Notes under the pieces: model-generated
Seen by the model: the letters and a program-made list of their open reading frames with translations, nothing else
Databases searched by the model: none
Told to the model about the DNA's origin: nothing
Assembly: GCA_030684475.1 (NCBI GenBank)
Contig: JAUXWB010000245.1
Span: forward strand, 826 to 64,825
From: Reyranella sp.
GTDB taxonomy: Bacteria; Pseudomonadota; Alphaproteobacteria; Reyranellales; Reyranellaceae
Length of the DNA stretch: 64,000 nt
Reading direction: 5' to 3'
In this document: piece after piece, positions 52,773 through 64,000 of the stretch
How the letters are laid out: every line of letters starts with the position of its first letter
Numbering within the stretch: position 1 is the stretch's first letter
Translations under genes and position numbers: made by a program

Positions 52773-53519
52773 GTGGAGTTGCCGCCCACCGGCGACATCG
52801 CGATCGTTGTCGTCGGGGCGCTGGCGGCCGGATTCGTGAACGGGCTGAGCGGCACCGGCTATGCGCTGGTGGCGCTGGGCTTCTGGCTGCAGGCGATGTC
52901 GCCACTGACCGCCGCGCCGCTCACCGCGCTGTGCGGCGTCGCCGGCCACGTCCAGTCCCTGCCGAAGATCTGGAAAGGCGTTCGCTGGCCGCGCCTGTGG
53001 CCGATGCTGGCCTCTGGCATCGTCGGCGTGCCGATCGGCACGATGCTGCTCGAACACGTTCGGCCGAACCCGCTGAAGATCGGCGTCGGCATTCTCCTGA
53101 TCCTCTACAGCGCCTGGATGGCCTTCGTGCGCCGCCCGCCCATCGTCACCGGCGGTGGTCGCGCCGCCGACGCTGTGATCGGCCTCACCGGCGGCGTGAT
53201 GGGCGGCATGGCGAGTCTCAGTGGACCGGCGCCGGCGATCTGGGCGCAGTTGCGCGGTTTCGGCAAGGACGAGCAGCGCGGCGTCAACCAGCCCTACAAC
53301 ATGAGCATCCTGTTGCTGGCCCTCGTCTCGGCCGGGGTCGCGGGCTTTCTCGATCGCACCTTCTTCATCTGGGCCGCCATCTGTGTGCCGACGACGCTGA
53401 TCGGCGCGCGCATCGGCCTCGCGCTTTACGGCCGCGTGAACGACGCGCAGTTCCGCCGCATCATCCTCAGCCTCCTGGGACTGTCGGGCGTGACCCTGAT
53501 CGTCTCAAGCCTGCGCTAG
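52773..53519 (+). CDS. TauE/SafE (sulfite exporter) family membrane protein
   Basis: AGFVNGLSGTG and repeated GG...GP TM motifs. Confidence 0.85.
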   Translation: MELPPTGDIAIVVVGALAAGFVNGLSGTGYALVALGFWLQAMSPLTAAPLTALCGVAGHVQSLPKIWKGVRWPRLWPMLASGIVGVPIGTMLLEHVRPNPLKIGVGILLILYSAWMAFVRRPPIVTGGGRAADAVIGLTGGVMGGMASLSGPAPAIWAQLRGFGKDEQRGVNQPYNMSILLLALVSAGVAGFLDRTFFIWAAICVPTTLIGARIGLALYGRVNDAQFRRIILSLLGLSGVTLIVSSLR

Positions 53520-54506
53520 CCAGCTGAGGCAGTCGCTCTCGCGCAGGATCGCCTCCAGGCCAGGAGCGGTCTTGGCTGCGGCGAACTTGCGCCGGATCTC
53601 GGCCAGCGAGCGCGCATGGTATTTCTGCGGTTCCTGCGACCATTCCGTGCCGCCGAGAGACAGATCAAAGGTCTGGTTGCCCGCCGCGATCGCCGCGGCG
53701 TTGGTCACGGACCACGGCAGGAAGAGTGCTGCGACCTCTTCCTTGAGCAACGGCATGAGCGTGGACGCCAGCGCCGGCCACGCCTCGAACGCACCCTCGA
53801 CCTTGGGCGACACCATCCTCTGCACCCAGGCCATGACGTTGGGCGCCCCACCCCGCATGATCGCACCGGGCGTCGGATCGGTGGCCGCCTCGTAGAACTG
53901 CCCCCACAGGCCGAAATCGGCCATCGCCGGGCGCCCGCCCAGTACATAAGACCGCGTCGCAAGATGAGCATCGAGCAAAGCGAGCGCGTGCTTGAACGAC
54001 GCCTCGATCAGAGGCTGGGTCTTGTCGTTGGAGCCGACGAAGCCCAGCCGGCCCGTCATGCGTTCGGCGACGGCGGCACGGGCCTGTGCCACGGCAAGCG
54101 TTCCCTGTGCCCCCATCATCTGCGCGGCAATGCGTTCTGAGGTCGACCAGACGTCGGGCTGGTAGCGCCAGCGGTAGTGGAACATCCACTTGTTGCCCCA
54201 TTCGTCGCCGTACTCCTCCAGCAGCGCCGAAAGGAAAGCGAGTGCGGGGTCGGCGGGAACGATTGCAGGCTCCGGCGCCAGGGTCTCGAAGCGATCGAGG
54301 ATCGGCGTGGAATCCTGCAGGCCCTCGCCTTCCGGCGTCACCACGAGCGGCACCAGCGGCAGCTTGGCGTACTTCTGGAATTCGGCCTGGACCGCGGGCG
54401 AGCGCGGGATCCATTCATGGGCCAGGTTCTTGTAGCGGAAGAAGGAGCGGACTTTCACCGAGTAGGGCGACAGTTCCGAACCGAAGATTCTATAGGAGCC
54501 GACCAC
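53505..54506 (-). CDS. Long glutathione S-transferase-like protein
   Basis: SPYSVKVRS, LQDSTPI, DEWGNKWMFHYRW, PAMADF. Confidence 0.82.
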   Translation of the reverse strand: MVGSYRIFGSELSPYSVKVRSFFRYKNLAHEWIPRSPAVQAEFQKYAKLPLVPLVVTPEGEGLQDSTPILDRFETLAPEPAIVPADPALAFLSALLEEYGDEWGNKWMFHYRWRYQPDVWSTSERIAAQMMGAQGTLAVAQARAAVAERMTGRLGFVGSNDKTQPLIEASFKHALALLDAHLATRSYVLGGRPAMADFGLWGQFYEAATDPTPGAIMRGGAPNVMAWVQRMVSPKVEGAFEAWPALASTLMPLLKEEVAALFLPWSVTNAAAIAAGNQTFDLSLGGTEWSQEPQKYHARSLAEIRRKFAAAKTAPGLEAILRESDCLSWLAQA

Positions 54507-54516
54507 GATATGTTCC

Positions 54517-55584
54517 TCAAATCCAGCGCTTGCGCTTCAGCCACAGGAAAAGACCTGCGACGATCACGACAACCAGTCCCCAGAACCAGAAATAGCCGTA
54601 CTGCCAGCCCAGCTCCGGCATGTTGCCGGCGTCGCGGTCGAAGTTCATGCCGTAGATACCGGCAAGGAACGACAGCGGCATGAAGAAGACCGTGATGATG
54701 GCCATCGTCTTCATGACCTCGGCCAATCGATTGGACGAATTCATCAGGAAAACTTCCATCAAACCGTTGGTCATTTCGCGGTAGCTCTCGACCAGGTCGA
54801 GTACCGCCACGGAATGGTCGAAGCAGTCGCGCAGGTAGGTACGCGTCTCCGGCATGATGAAGGGCACTTCCGGCCGCATCACCGCCAGCACGGTTTCGCG
54901 CTCCGCCCACTCGATGCGGTGAAACGCCACCAGGGCACGCCGCGCGCGATGAATGTGGTTGAGCGTGTCTTCCGTCGGATGGCCGAGCGCCTCGTCCTCG
55001 AGCTCCTCGAGACGGGCGGACAGCGCCTCGATCAGCGGAAACTTGCGGTCGACGACCAGATCGATCAGCGCATAGACGAGATAGTCGACACCGAAGGTGC
55101 GCAGCCGCGAGCCCGCGGTCTGCAGCCGGTCGCGTACCGGCTTGAAAATGTCGAGCTTGTGATCGTGGAACGAGATCACGTAGTTCTCGCCGAAGAAGAT
55201 GCTGACCTGGCGCGGATGCAACTCACCGTCCTCGTAGGCCGGGTCGGTGAGGACGATGAAGCCTTGCCCCTCGTAGAGATCGAGCTTGCTCCTCTGATGG
55301 GCATGGAAGACGTCTTCGAGCGCCAGCGGATGCAGGTTGAAGGCCATGCCGAGGTCGCGCAACATGTCCGAACTCGGCCGGCCGGCGACATCGATCCAGG
55401 TGTGGCCGGGCGTACCGAGATGGAAACGGCACTCGTCGACCTCCACGCCGTGCACGACTTGAACGTCGTCCGGCGTGTACTCGACCAGGGTGAAGTCGAG
55501 TGCCTCGTCGGGCACCGGAGGGCGCCCTGCCAGCGTGCCGGGGGCCGTGCCGGGCTTGGTGTGGCGATGAAAGAAGCCGTCCAT
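54517..55584 (-). CDS. corA: Magnesium/cobalt transporter CorA
   Basis: LHPLALED, YGMNF signature, MPELGW. Confidence 0.94.
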   Translation of the reverse strand: MDGFFHRHTKPGTAPGTLAGRPPVPDEALDFTLVEYTPDDVQVVHGVEVDECRFHLGTPGHTWIDVAGRPSSDMLRDLGMAFNLHPLALEDVFHAHQRSKLDLYEGQGFIVLTDPAYEDGELHPRQVSIFFGENYVISFHDHKLDIFKPVRDRLQTAGSRLRTFGVDYLVYALIDLVVDRKFPLIEALSARLEELEDEALGHPTEDTLNHIHRARRALVAFHRIEWAERETVLAVMRPEVPFIMPETRTYLRDCFDHSVAVLDLVESYREMTNGLMEVFLMNSSNRLAEVMKTMAIITVFFMPLSFLAGIYGMNFDRDAGNMPELGWQYGYFWFWGLVVVIVAGLFLWLKRKRWI

Positions 55585-55624
55585 TGTTCCTCTCGCCGAT
55601 CCGTCGTGGCGCCCGTCGCGAACG

Positions 55625-55909
55625 TCAGACTTCCTGCATGACCTGGACGTCGGGCCGGCCGGCGAGATAGTCGCCCAACTTGCGCCCGAGTTCCTTGAAG
55701 TGCGGCGCGGCGCGATGTGCCTCCAGCGCCGCCTGGTCGTCGTATCGTTCCAACATGACGTAGACGTTAACGTCGGCGGTCTTGTGCAGGGCATAGAGCT
55801 TGTTGCCCGGCTCGTCGGCCAGAACCTTGGCCTGCAGTGCCTTCATCGTCGCCTCGAAATCGGCGTTGGTCCCCGGCTTCACGGTCAGCTTGGCGATCAC
55901 TCCCAGCAT
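55625..55909 (-). CDS. Antibiotic biosynthesis monooxygenase (ABM) family protein
   Basis: VIAKLTVKPG, EPGN, ERY...H...HF; GAGG SD. Confidence 0.85.
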   Translation of the reverse strand: MLGVIAKLTVKPGTNADFEATMKALQAKVLADEPGNKLYALHKTADVNVYVMLERYDDQAALEAHRAAPHFKELGRKLGDYLAGRPDVQVMQEV

Positions 55910-55917
55910 GGCATTCC

Positions 55918-56706
55918 TCACTTCTTTCCTTTGGTCGGCTTGACCTGGTTGATTTCCCCGCCACCGAAATAAAAGCGGTTGTAGGTCGGGCTGATGATGA
56001 TTTCGTTGACGCAGGCACGGGCCGGCATCGCCGCCACGAAGGCGATGGTGCGCCCGAGGTCCTCTTCCTGCAACATCCGGTCCTGTTCCGCCTTGGGCGG
56101 CACGATCGGCCGCTTGTTCAGGATCGGCGTCGCCACCTCGGCCGGACAGATGACACAGGCACGCACGCCGTTCAGCCCGTCCTCGGCATTGATGGTCTCG
56201 GTAAGTGCCGCGGCGCCGAACTTGGAGGCGGTGTAGCCCGGGCCGGCGAGCGGGTTCAAGTATTTCCCGAACCAGCTCGAGATGTTGATCACCACCCCGT
56301 CGCGCCGCTTGCGCATACCGGCTAGGACTGCGTGGCAGCAGTAGAATATGCCGTCGAGGTTGGTCCGCACCACCTCTTCCCAGGCCTCGGTCGTGAGCAC
56401 CGCCCAGCGGCGGTTGGGAACGTTGGTTCCGGCGCTGTTGACCAGGATGTCGATGCGGCCGTGCTTCTTCTCGATGGCGGCGGCAACCCGGGCGACCGCC
56501 TTCTTGTTGGCGACGTCGAGCCTGCGGATCTCGACCGTGCCGCCGGCCTTGCGGACAAGTGCCGCGGTCTCGGCGAGCGTCGCCTCGGACCGGCCGGAGA
56601 TCACCACCCGGCAACCGGCTTCCGCCAGCGCCAAGGCGCCGGCGCGGCCGATCCCGGTGCCGCCGCCGGTCACCCAGGCGATCTTGCCCTTCAGAGGCGC
56701 GCTCAC
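55918..56706 (-). CDS. SDR family oxidoreductase
   Basis: TGGGTGIG, VNSAG, YTASK (YxxxK). Confidence 0.9.
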   Translation of the reverse strand: MSAPLKGKIAWVTGGGTGIGRAGALALAEAGCRVVISGRSEATLAETAALVRKAGGTVEIRRLDVANKKAVARVAAAIEKKHGRIDILVNSAGTNVPNRRWAVLTTEAWEEVVRTNLDGIFYCCHAVLAGMRKRRDGVVINISSWFGKYLNPLAGPGYTASKFGAAALTETINAEDGLNGVRACVICPAEVATPILNKRPIVPPKAEQDRMLQEEDLGRTIAFVAAMPARACVNEIIISPTYNRFYFGGGEINQVKPTKGKK

Positions 56707-57194
56707 GCCGGCCGCCGCTTGATCAGGTACTTGTGCTCGCCGTCGCTCACCAACTCGCCCTTCTGGTTGTGGATGGTGAGCTTCAGGACGGCGACGCCGG
56801 TGGTGCGGCCGGGCTTGAGCTCGCTCACCACCAGCATCGGATAGAGCGTGTCGCCGCAATAGACCGGCTTCAGGAATCGCGAGGACTGCTCCAGGAATCC
56901 GATCAGCGAATCGCCGATAAAGTGCGGGAAAATCCCGCCGCCCGCCGCGCCCTGGATCGCCACCTGCAGACCGTGGGCGAGAAGATCGCGATGGCCTCGC
57001 GCCTTGCAGTATTCGCGGTCGTAGTGGATCGGATGATTGTCGCCGCTCGCCAGTTGGAAGGCCGCGAACAGCGCCTCGGTCTGGGTGCGCGAGTTGATGT
57101 AGAACCTCTGGTCGACCTCGAGGTCTTCGAACCAGTGGGTCGGCCCGAATCTGTGCTCGGCCGGGTCGAAGGGCTTGGCGTCGGTGTCCGGCAC
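56703..57194 (-). CDS. MaoC-like dehydratase
   Basis: SGDNHPIH, AHG, FLKPVYCGDTL. Confidence 0.9.
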   Translation of the reverse strand: MPDTDAKPFDPAEHRFGPTHWFEDLEVDQRFYINSRTQTEALFAAFQLASGDNHPIHYDREYCKARGHRDLLAHGLQVAIQGAAGGGIFPHFIGDSLIGFLEQSSRFLKPVYCGDTLYPMLVVSELKPGRTTGVAVLKLTIHNQKGELVSDGEHKYLIKRRPA

Positions 57195-57224
57195 GGATCT
57201 CCCCCTTCTCGGTTCCTGCGACTT

Positions 57225-57911
57225 CTACGCCGCTTTGGCCTTGCGGCCCATGCCGTCGTAGAGGTCGAACATGCGCTCGCGCCAGGCATAAACCGGGTCA
57301 TCGGCCTCGAGCAGGGCGAGCGGACTGGCAATGCCCGCCCAAAGGAAGGCGCCGGCCAGGGCGTAGTCCGGGTAGGCCGGATGATTGCCGGCGAGGAACG
57401 GCTGTTCCCTCAAAGTGCGGCGCGCGGGCTCGAGCACGGCGCGGAAGGAAGCGACGCCCTTCTCCCGGGCCTTGGCCTGGAAACCGGCGAGATCCGTGGT
57501 GCCGAGCCGCTTGCCGCGCGATTCGAGGAAATACGGCTGATCGACCGGGCGCACGATGCCGTAGAGGTCGGCCACAACGATGGGGAACATCGCCGGCTGT
57601 ACCGCTGTATCCACCCAGCTGCTCACGAAGCGCGCATAGGAGAGCGCCATCTCGCTCTTGAACAGCGGCTTGTCGGGATAGGCCTGGTCGAGATAGGTGG
57701 CGATCGCCCAACTGTCCTTCACGCCCTTGTCGCCATCCTTGATGACCGGCACGAGCTGGGACTCGGCAAAGGCGATCTTGTCCTTCTCGGTGAAGCCCAC
57801 CGGCACTTCAGTCCATTCCAGGCCCTTGTGCGCGAGCGAGAACTTGGCCCGCCAGCAGAACGGACTCGGTCGTTGGTCGCCTTGGGCGACGAGATCGTAG
57901 AGCGTGATCAT
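57225..57911 (-). CDS. Glutathione S-transferase, LigE/beta-etherase-like clade
   Basis: ITLYDL...SPFCWR...LAHKGL, DSWAIATYLD, WRERMFDLYDG. Confidence 0.8.
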   Translation of the reverse strand: MITLYDLVAQGDQRPSPFCWRAKFSLAHKGLEWTEVPVGFTEKDKIAFAESQLVPVIKDGDKGVKDSWAIATYLDQAYPDKPLFKSEMALSYARFVSSWVDTAVQPAMFPIVVADLYGIVRPVDQPYFLESRGKRLGTTDLAGFQAKAREKGVASFRAVLEPARRTLREQPFLAGNHPAYPDYALAGAFLWAGIASPLALLEADDPVYAWRERMFDLYDGMGRKAKAA

Positions 57912-57918
57912 GCCAACC

Positions 57919-58800
57919 TCACTTTCCGTCGAGCATTCTGATGATGCCTGAGAAATCCTTGGCCGCGTTGCCGCTGTTGACGAACATGTTGAAGAGTTGC
58001 GCCGCCTCGGCGCCCAACGGCGTGCTGGCGCCGGCGGCATTGGCCGCCTGCTGGGCCAGCATCAGGTCCTTCAGCATCATCGCCGCCGTGAAGCCCGCCT
58101 GGTAGTCGCGGTTGGCCGGCGAGGCCGGCACCGGACCCGGCACCGGGCAATAGTTGGTGAGCGACCAGCACTGTCCCGACGAGGTCGAGGCGACGTCGAA
58201 CAGCTTCTGTGCGTCCAGTCCCAGCCGCTTGGCCAGCATGAAGCCCTCGCTGACGGCAATCATCGAGACGCCGAGGATCATGTTGTTGCAGATCTTGGCC
58301 GCCTGGCCGTTGCCACTCGCGCCGGCATGCACGATGTTCTTGCCCATCTTCTCGAGAATGGACCTCGCCTTGGCGAAGGCCGCATCTGGCCCACCCACCA
58401 TGAAGGTGAGCGTCCCGGCCGTGGCGCCGCCGACGCCGCCCGACACTGGCGCATCGACCATGTCGAGCCCGGCCTCCTGGGCCAGTGCTGCGACATGGCG
58501 GGCGCTGTCGACGTCGATGGTCGAGCAGTCGATCAGCAGCGTGCCCTTGGCGACGTTGGGCAACACGTCCTTTTCATAGACTTCGCGCACGTGCTTGCCC
58601 GCCGGCAGCATGGTGACGACGATCTCGGCGTCCTTCACCGCCTCGGCAGCGGAGGCCGCCCGGTGCGCACCCTTCTCGACCGCGGCCTTCACGGCGGCGT
58701 CCGACAGGTCGAAGGCCGTCACGTGATGCTGCGCCTTGGCTAGGTTGGCGGCCATCGGGCCGCCCATGTTGCCGAGACCGATGAAGGCGATTTTCGCCAT
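57919..58800 (-). CDS. mmsB: 3-hydroxyisobutyrate dehydrogenase
   Basis: FIGLGNMGGPMA, DAPVSGG, KICNNM, YCPVPG. Confidence 0.95.
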   Translation of the reverse strand: MAKIAFIGLGNMGGPMAANLAKAQHHVTAFDLSDAAVKAAVEKGAHRAASAAEAVKDAEIVVTMLPAGKHVREVYEKDVLPNVAKGTLLIDCSTIDVDSARHVAALAQEAGLDMVDAPVSGGVGGATAGTLTFMVGGPDAAFAKARSILEKMGKNIVHAGASGNGQAAKICNNMILGVSMIAVSEGFMLAKRLGLDAQKLFDVASTSSGQCWSLTNYCPVPGPVPASPANRDYQAGFTAAMMLKDLMLAQQAANAAGASTPLGAEAAQLFNMFVNSGNAAKDFSGIIRMLDGK

Positions 58801-58824
58801 GGCTTCCTCCCTGCTGCTGCCGGC

Positions 58825-59892
58825 TTAGTCAAAGAACAAGTCGTTCGACACCGGTTTGAAATGCTCCTCGACCAGCTCGCGCGTCACGCCCTCGATGGTC
58901 GGCGGATTCCACTTGGGTTTCTGGTCCTTGTCGATCAGCAGTGCGCGTACGCCCTCGAAGAAGTCGTGGCCCTTCTGCATGCCGCGCTGCGACATGCGGT
59001 ATTCGATGGTCATCGTGTCTTCGAACGAGCGGTTGGCGCAGCGCTTGAGCTGCTCCAGCGTGATCGCCATCGACAGCGGCGAGAGCTTCATCAGGGCGGC
59101 AAGCTGCTTGTCCGCCCATTCTCCACCCTTCTTCCTGAGGTTGGCCACGATCTCCTGCAGCGACTCGGCGGAGAAGCACCGGTCGATATCGTGCATCATC
59201 GCAGGCAGCGTCGGCATGCCCGCGTCGCCGGCGAAGCGGGCAATTACGGCATCGACCTTGCGGTTGGCGTCGGGGCCCGATAGATCGGCCGCACCCAGCG
59301 CCGCCTGCAGATCGTTCATGGCGGCGCTAGGGACATAGGCGTCGACGATGCCGGCCCACAGCGCGTCCGCCGCCTTAAGCCGGTGGCTGGTCAGCGCCAG
59401 AAAGGTGCCGAGCGCGCCCGGTAGCCGCGACAGGAAGTAGCCGCCGCCGACGTCGGGGAAGAGACCGATGGTGGTCTCCGGCATGGCGAACAGGAACTTC
59501 TCGCTCGCTACCGAATGCGAGCCGTGCACCGACAGGCCGACGCCGCCGCCCATGTCGATGCCGTCGATCAACGAGATCCACGGCTTGGCGAAGCGGTAGA
59601 TGCGGCGATTGACGATGTATTCGTCGCGGAAGAAGTCACGCCGCAAGGTGCCGGCGGGATTGTCGCGCATCTCGCGATAGAGGCCGGTGACGTCGCCGCC
59701 GGCGCAGAAGGCGCGGTCGCCGGCGCCGCGCAGCACCACCGCCTTGACCGCGGGATCCTTCTCCCACGTCGGCATGACCCTTTCCATTTCCAGGATCATG
59801 CCGTACGACAGCGCGTTCAGCGCCTTGGGTCGGTTCAAGGTCATCAGACCCAGGCCGTCCTTGATCTCGAACAGGATTTCAGCTTCGGACAT
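58825..59892 (-). CDS. 3-hydroxyisobutyryl-CoA hydrolase (crotonase family)
   Basis: LNRPKALNAL, FCAGGD, AMPETTIGLFPDVG, EGVRALLIDKD. Confidence 0.9.
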   Translation of the reverse strand: MSEAEILFEIKDGLGLMTLNRPKALNALSYGMILEMERVMPTWEKDPAVKAVVLRGAGDRAFCAGGDVTGLYREMRDNPAGTLRRDFFRDEYIVNRRIYRFAKPWISLIDGIDMGGGVGLSVHGSHSVASEKFLFAMPETTIGLFPDVGGGYFLSRLPGALGTFLALTSHRLKAADALWAGIVDAYVPSAAMNDLQAALGAADLSGPDANRKVDAVIARFAGDAGMPTLPAMMHDIDRCFSAESLQEIVANLRKKGGEWADKQLAALMKLSPLSMAITLEQLKRCANRSFEDTMTIEYRMSQRGMQKGHDFFEGVRALLIDKDQKPKWNPPTIEGVTRELVEEHFKPVSNDLFFD

Positions 59893-59901
59893 TACGACGA
59901 C

Positions 59902-62633
<2,732 letters not shown>

Positions 62634-62664
62634 TCTTGCAGCCGTCCAAGGTAATTTGACACCG

Positions 62665-63507
62665 TCAAGATCCTTTGATGCGCTGCCCTGCGCCCAACAT
62701 CTGCCGCACATCCGCGAACGCCATCATATCCCGCATCCAGGCGAAGGAGCCGTCGTCCTTCATTGCACGCCCGGCCTTGACGAAGGCCGCCAGGGCAAGA
62801 CGGGAGAGCGCACCACCGACGCTGATCCGCTTGGCCCCGGCGTCGGCCAGTTGCGCGGCCGTGATGGCAGGGTCGAGCCAACCGGTGACGACGTTGAACG
62901 GCCGCTTCAGGGCACTCGTGACGAGGCGTACCTCCGCTAGGTTGCGCAGGCCTGGCGCATAGAGCACGTCGGCACCGGCGGCTTCATAGGCCAGCAGCCG
63001 GCGGACGGTGTCGGCCATGTCGTTGCGTCCGTGCAGCAGGTTCTCGGCCCGCGCCGTCAGCAGGAACGGCACCGGCAAGGAATGGGCAAGCTCGGCCGCG
63101 GCGCGCACGCGTGCCACCGCCAGATCGAACTCGTAGATCGGGTTCTTGGGATCGCCGGTGGAATCCTCGATCGAGCCGCCGACGGCGCCGGCCTCGGCGG
63201 CAAGGCGGATCGCCTCGGCCGCCGCTGCGGGTTCGTGGGCGAAGCAGTTCTCCAGATCGACATTGACCGGCAGGTCCGTCGCCTCGGTGATCGCCCGACA
63301 GTTGGCCATCACTTCCGCCCGGCTGACAGCGCTGTCGGCGCGGCCGAGCGCGTTGGCGAGACCGAGACTGGTGGTGGCCAGTGCCTCGAAGCCGAGTGCG
63401 GCCAGCAGCTTGGCCGTGCCGGCGTCCCACGGATTGGGGATGACGAAAGCGCCGGGCCGCTCGTGCAGGGCGCGGAAGGCCGCCGCTTTCTCCGCTTGGC
63501 TGGGCAT
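62665..63507 (-). CDS. Isocitrate lyase/PEP mutase family enzyme
   Basis: PNPWDAG, ATTS, GGSIEDSTG, TARAE, AGADVLYAPG. Confidence 0.9.
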   Translation of the reverse strand: MPSQAEKAAAFRALHERPGAFVIPNPWDAGTAKLLAALGFEALATTSLGLANALGRADSAVSRAEVMANCRAITEATDLPVNVDLENCFAHEPAAAAEAIRLAAEAGAVGGSIEDSTGDPKNPIYEFDLAVARVRAAAELAHSLPVPFLLTARAENLLHGRNDMADTVRRLLAYEAAGADVLYAPGLRNLAEVRLVTSALKRPFNVVTGWLDPAITAAQLADAGAKRISVGGALSRLALAAFVKAGRAMKDDGSFAWMRDMMAFADVRQMLGAGQRIKGS

Positions 63508-63595
63508 CGCAAGTCTCCTCGTTGGCGCGAAATCGGGTCGCCCGAACCTCGTTGCCGCGCTATCAATTGTAAAATGCATAGTTCTTCGTATTGGC

Positions 63596-63610
63596 ATCTG
63601 GATTCCTGAT
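63596..63610. promoter_or_regulatory. LysR recognition box (ATC-N9-GAT, T-N11-A)
   Basis: ATCTGGATTCCTGAT in the divergent promoter, directly before the lysR ATG. Confidence 0.5.
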
Positions 63611-63612
63611 CC

Positions 63613-64000
63613 ATGAACATCGATGAAATTCAGACCTTCGTCGCTATCGCCGATCTCGGCGATTTCACCCAGGCCGGACGCCGGCTGCACCGCTCGCAAC
63701 CGGCCATCAGCCGGCGACTCGGCCTCCTCGAGGACGAACTCGGTGCACCGATGTTCGAGCGCATCCGCGGCCGCGCCCAATTGACCGAGGCGGGCCGCGC
63801 CTTCCTGCCCCATGCCGAGGCAGCGCTGACGGCCCTCAAGGATGGGCGCGACGCCGTGCACGGCCTCAAGACCGGCCTACGGGGCGCGATCTCGCTGGCC
63901 CTGGTCGGCACCCTGGCCGATACGCACATTATCGACGTGCTGCGCCGCTTCGCACGGCGCTCGAAGGACGTGCGCCTCGAACTCCGCACCGCCTCGAGCG
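63613..64000 (+). CDS. LysR family regulator, runs off the window edge (5' part only)
   Basis: Read manually: MNIDEIQTFVAIADLGDFTQAGRRLHRSQPAISRRL HTH, LTEAG. Missing from the ORF track. Confidence 0.92.
   Translation, partial: MNIDEIQTFVAIADLGDFTQAGRRLHRSQPAISRRLGLLEDELGAPMFERIRGRAQLTEAGRAFLPHAEAALTALKDGRDAVHGLKTGLRGAISLALVGTLADTHIIDVLRRFARRSKDVRLELRTASS

Overview
GC-rich alphaproteobacterial chromosomal segment; the gene order suggests a Rhodospirillales/Reyranella-like organism (inference). It is mostly core and catabolic genes: degP with a divergent OmpR/EnvZ pair, metY, two tandem Rieske oxygenases, tRNA-Pro(GGG), yceD-rpmF-plsX-fabH-ihfA-merR, bamE, hppA, rpiB-glyA-nrdR-ribD-ribE-ribB-ribH-nusB-thiL, a liv ABC operon, an uncharacterised enolase/epimerase/DHDPS-like catabolic cluster with a divergent ABC importer, gcdH, corA, valine-catabolism genes and hemB. 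I saw no integrase, transposase or CRISPR array. The standout locus is at 37140-40548. The two ORFs 38022-38309 and 38349-38546 are one reading frame broken by a single in-frame TGA that reads U-G-S-C and is followed by a SECIS-like hairpin, which points to a UGSC-family selenoprotein. It is co-oriented and closely spaced with an atypical thioredoxin-reductase-like flavoprotein that lacks the NADPH-binding signatures and with two paralogous Cys-containing proteins of unknown function. Together these form a candidate uncharacterised selenium-dependent redox or reductase system. All calls come from motif recognition by eye; no searches were run.
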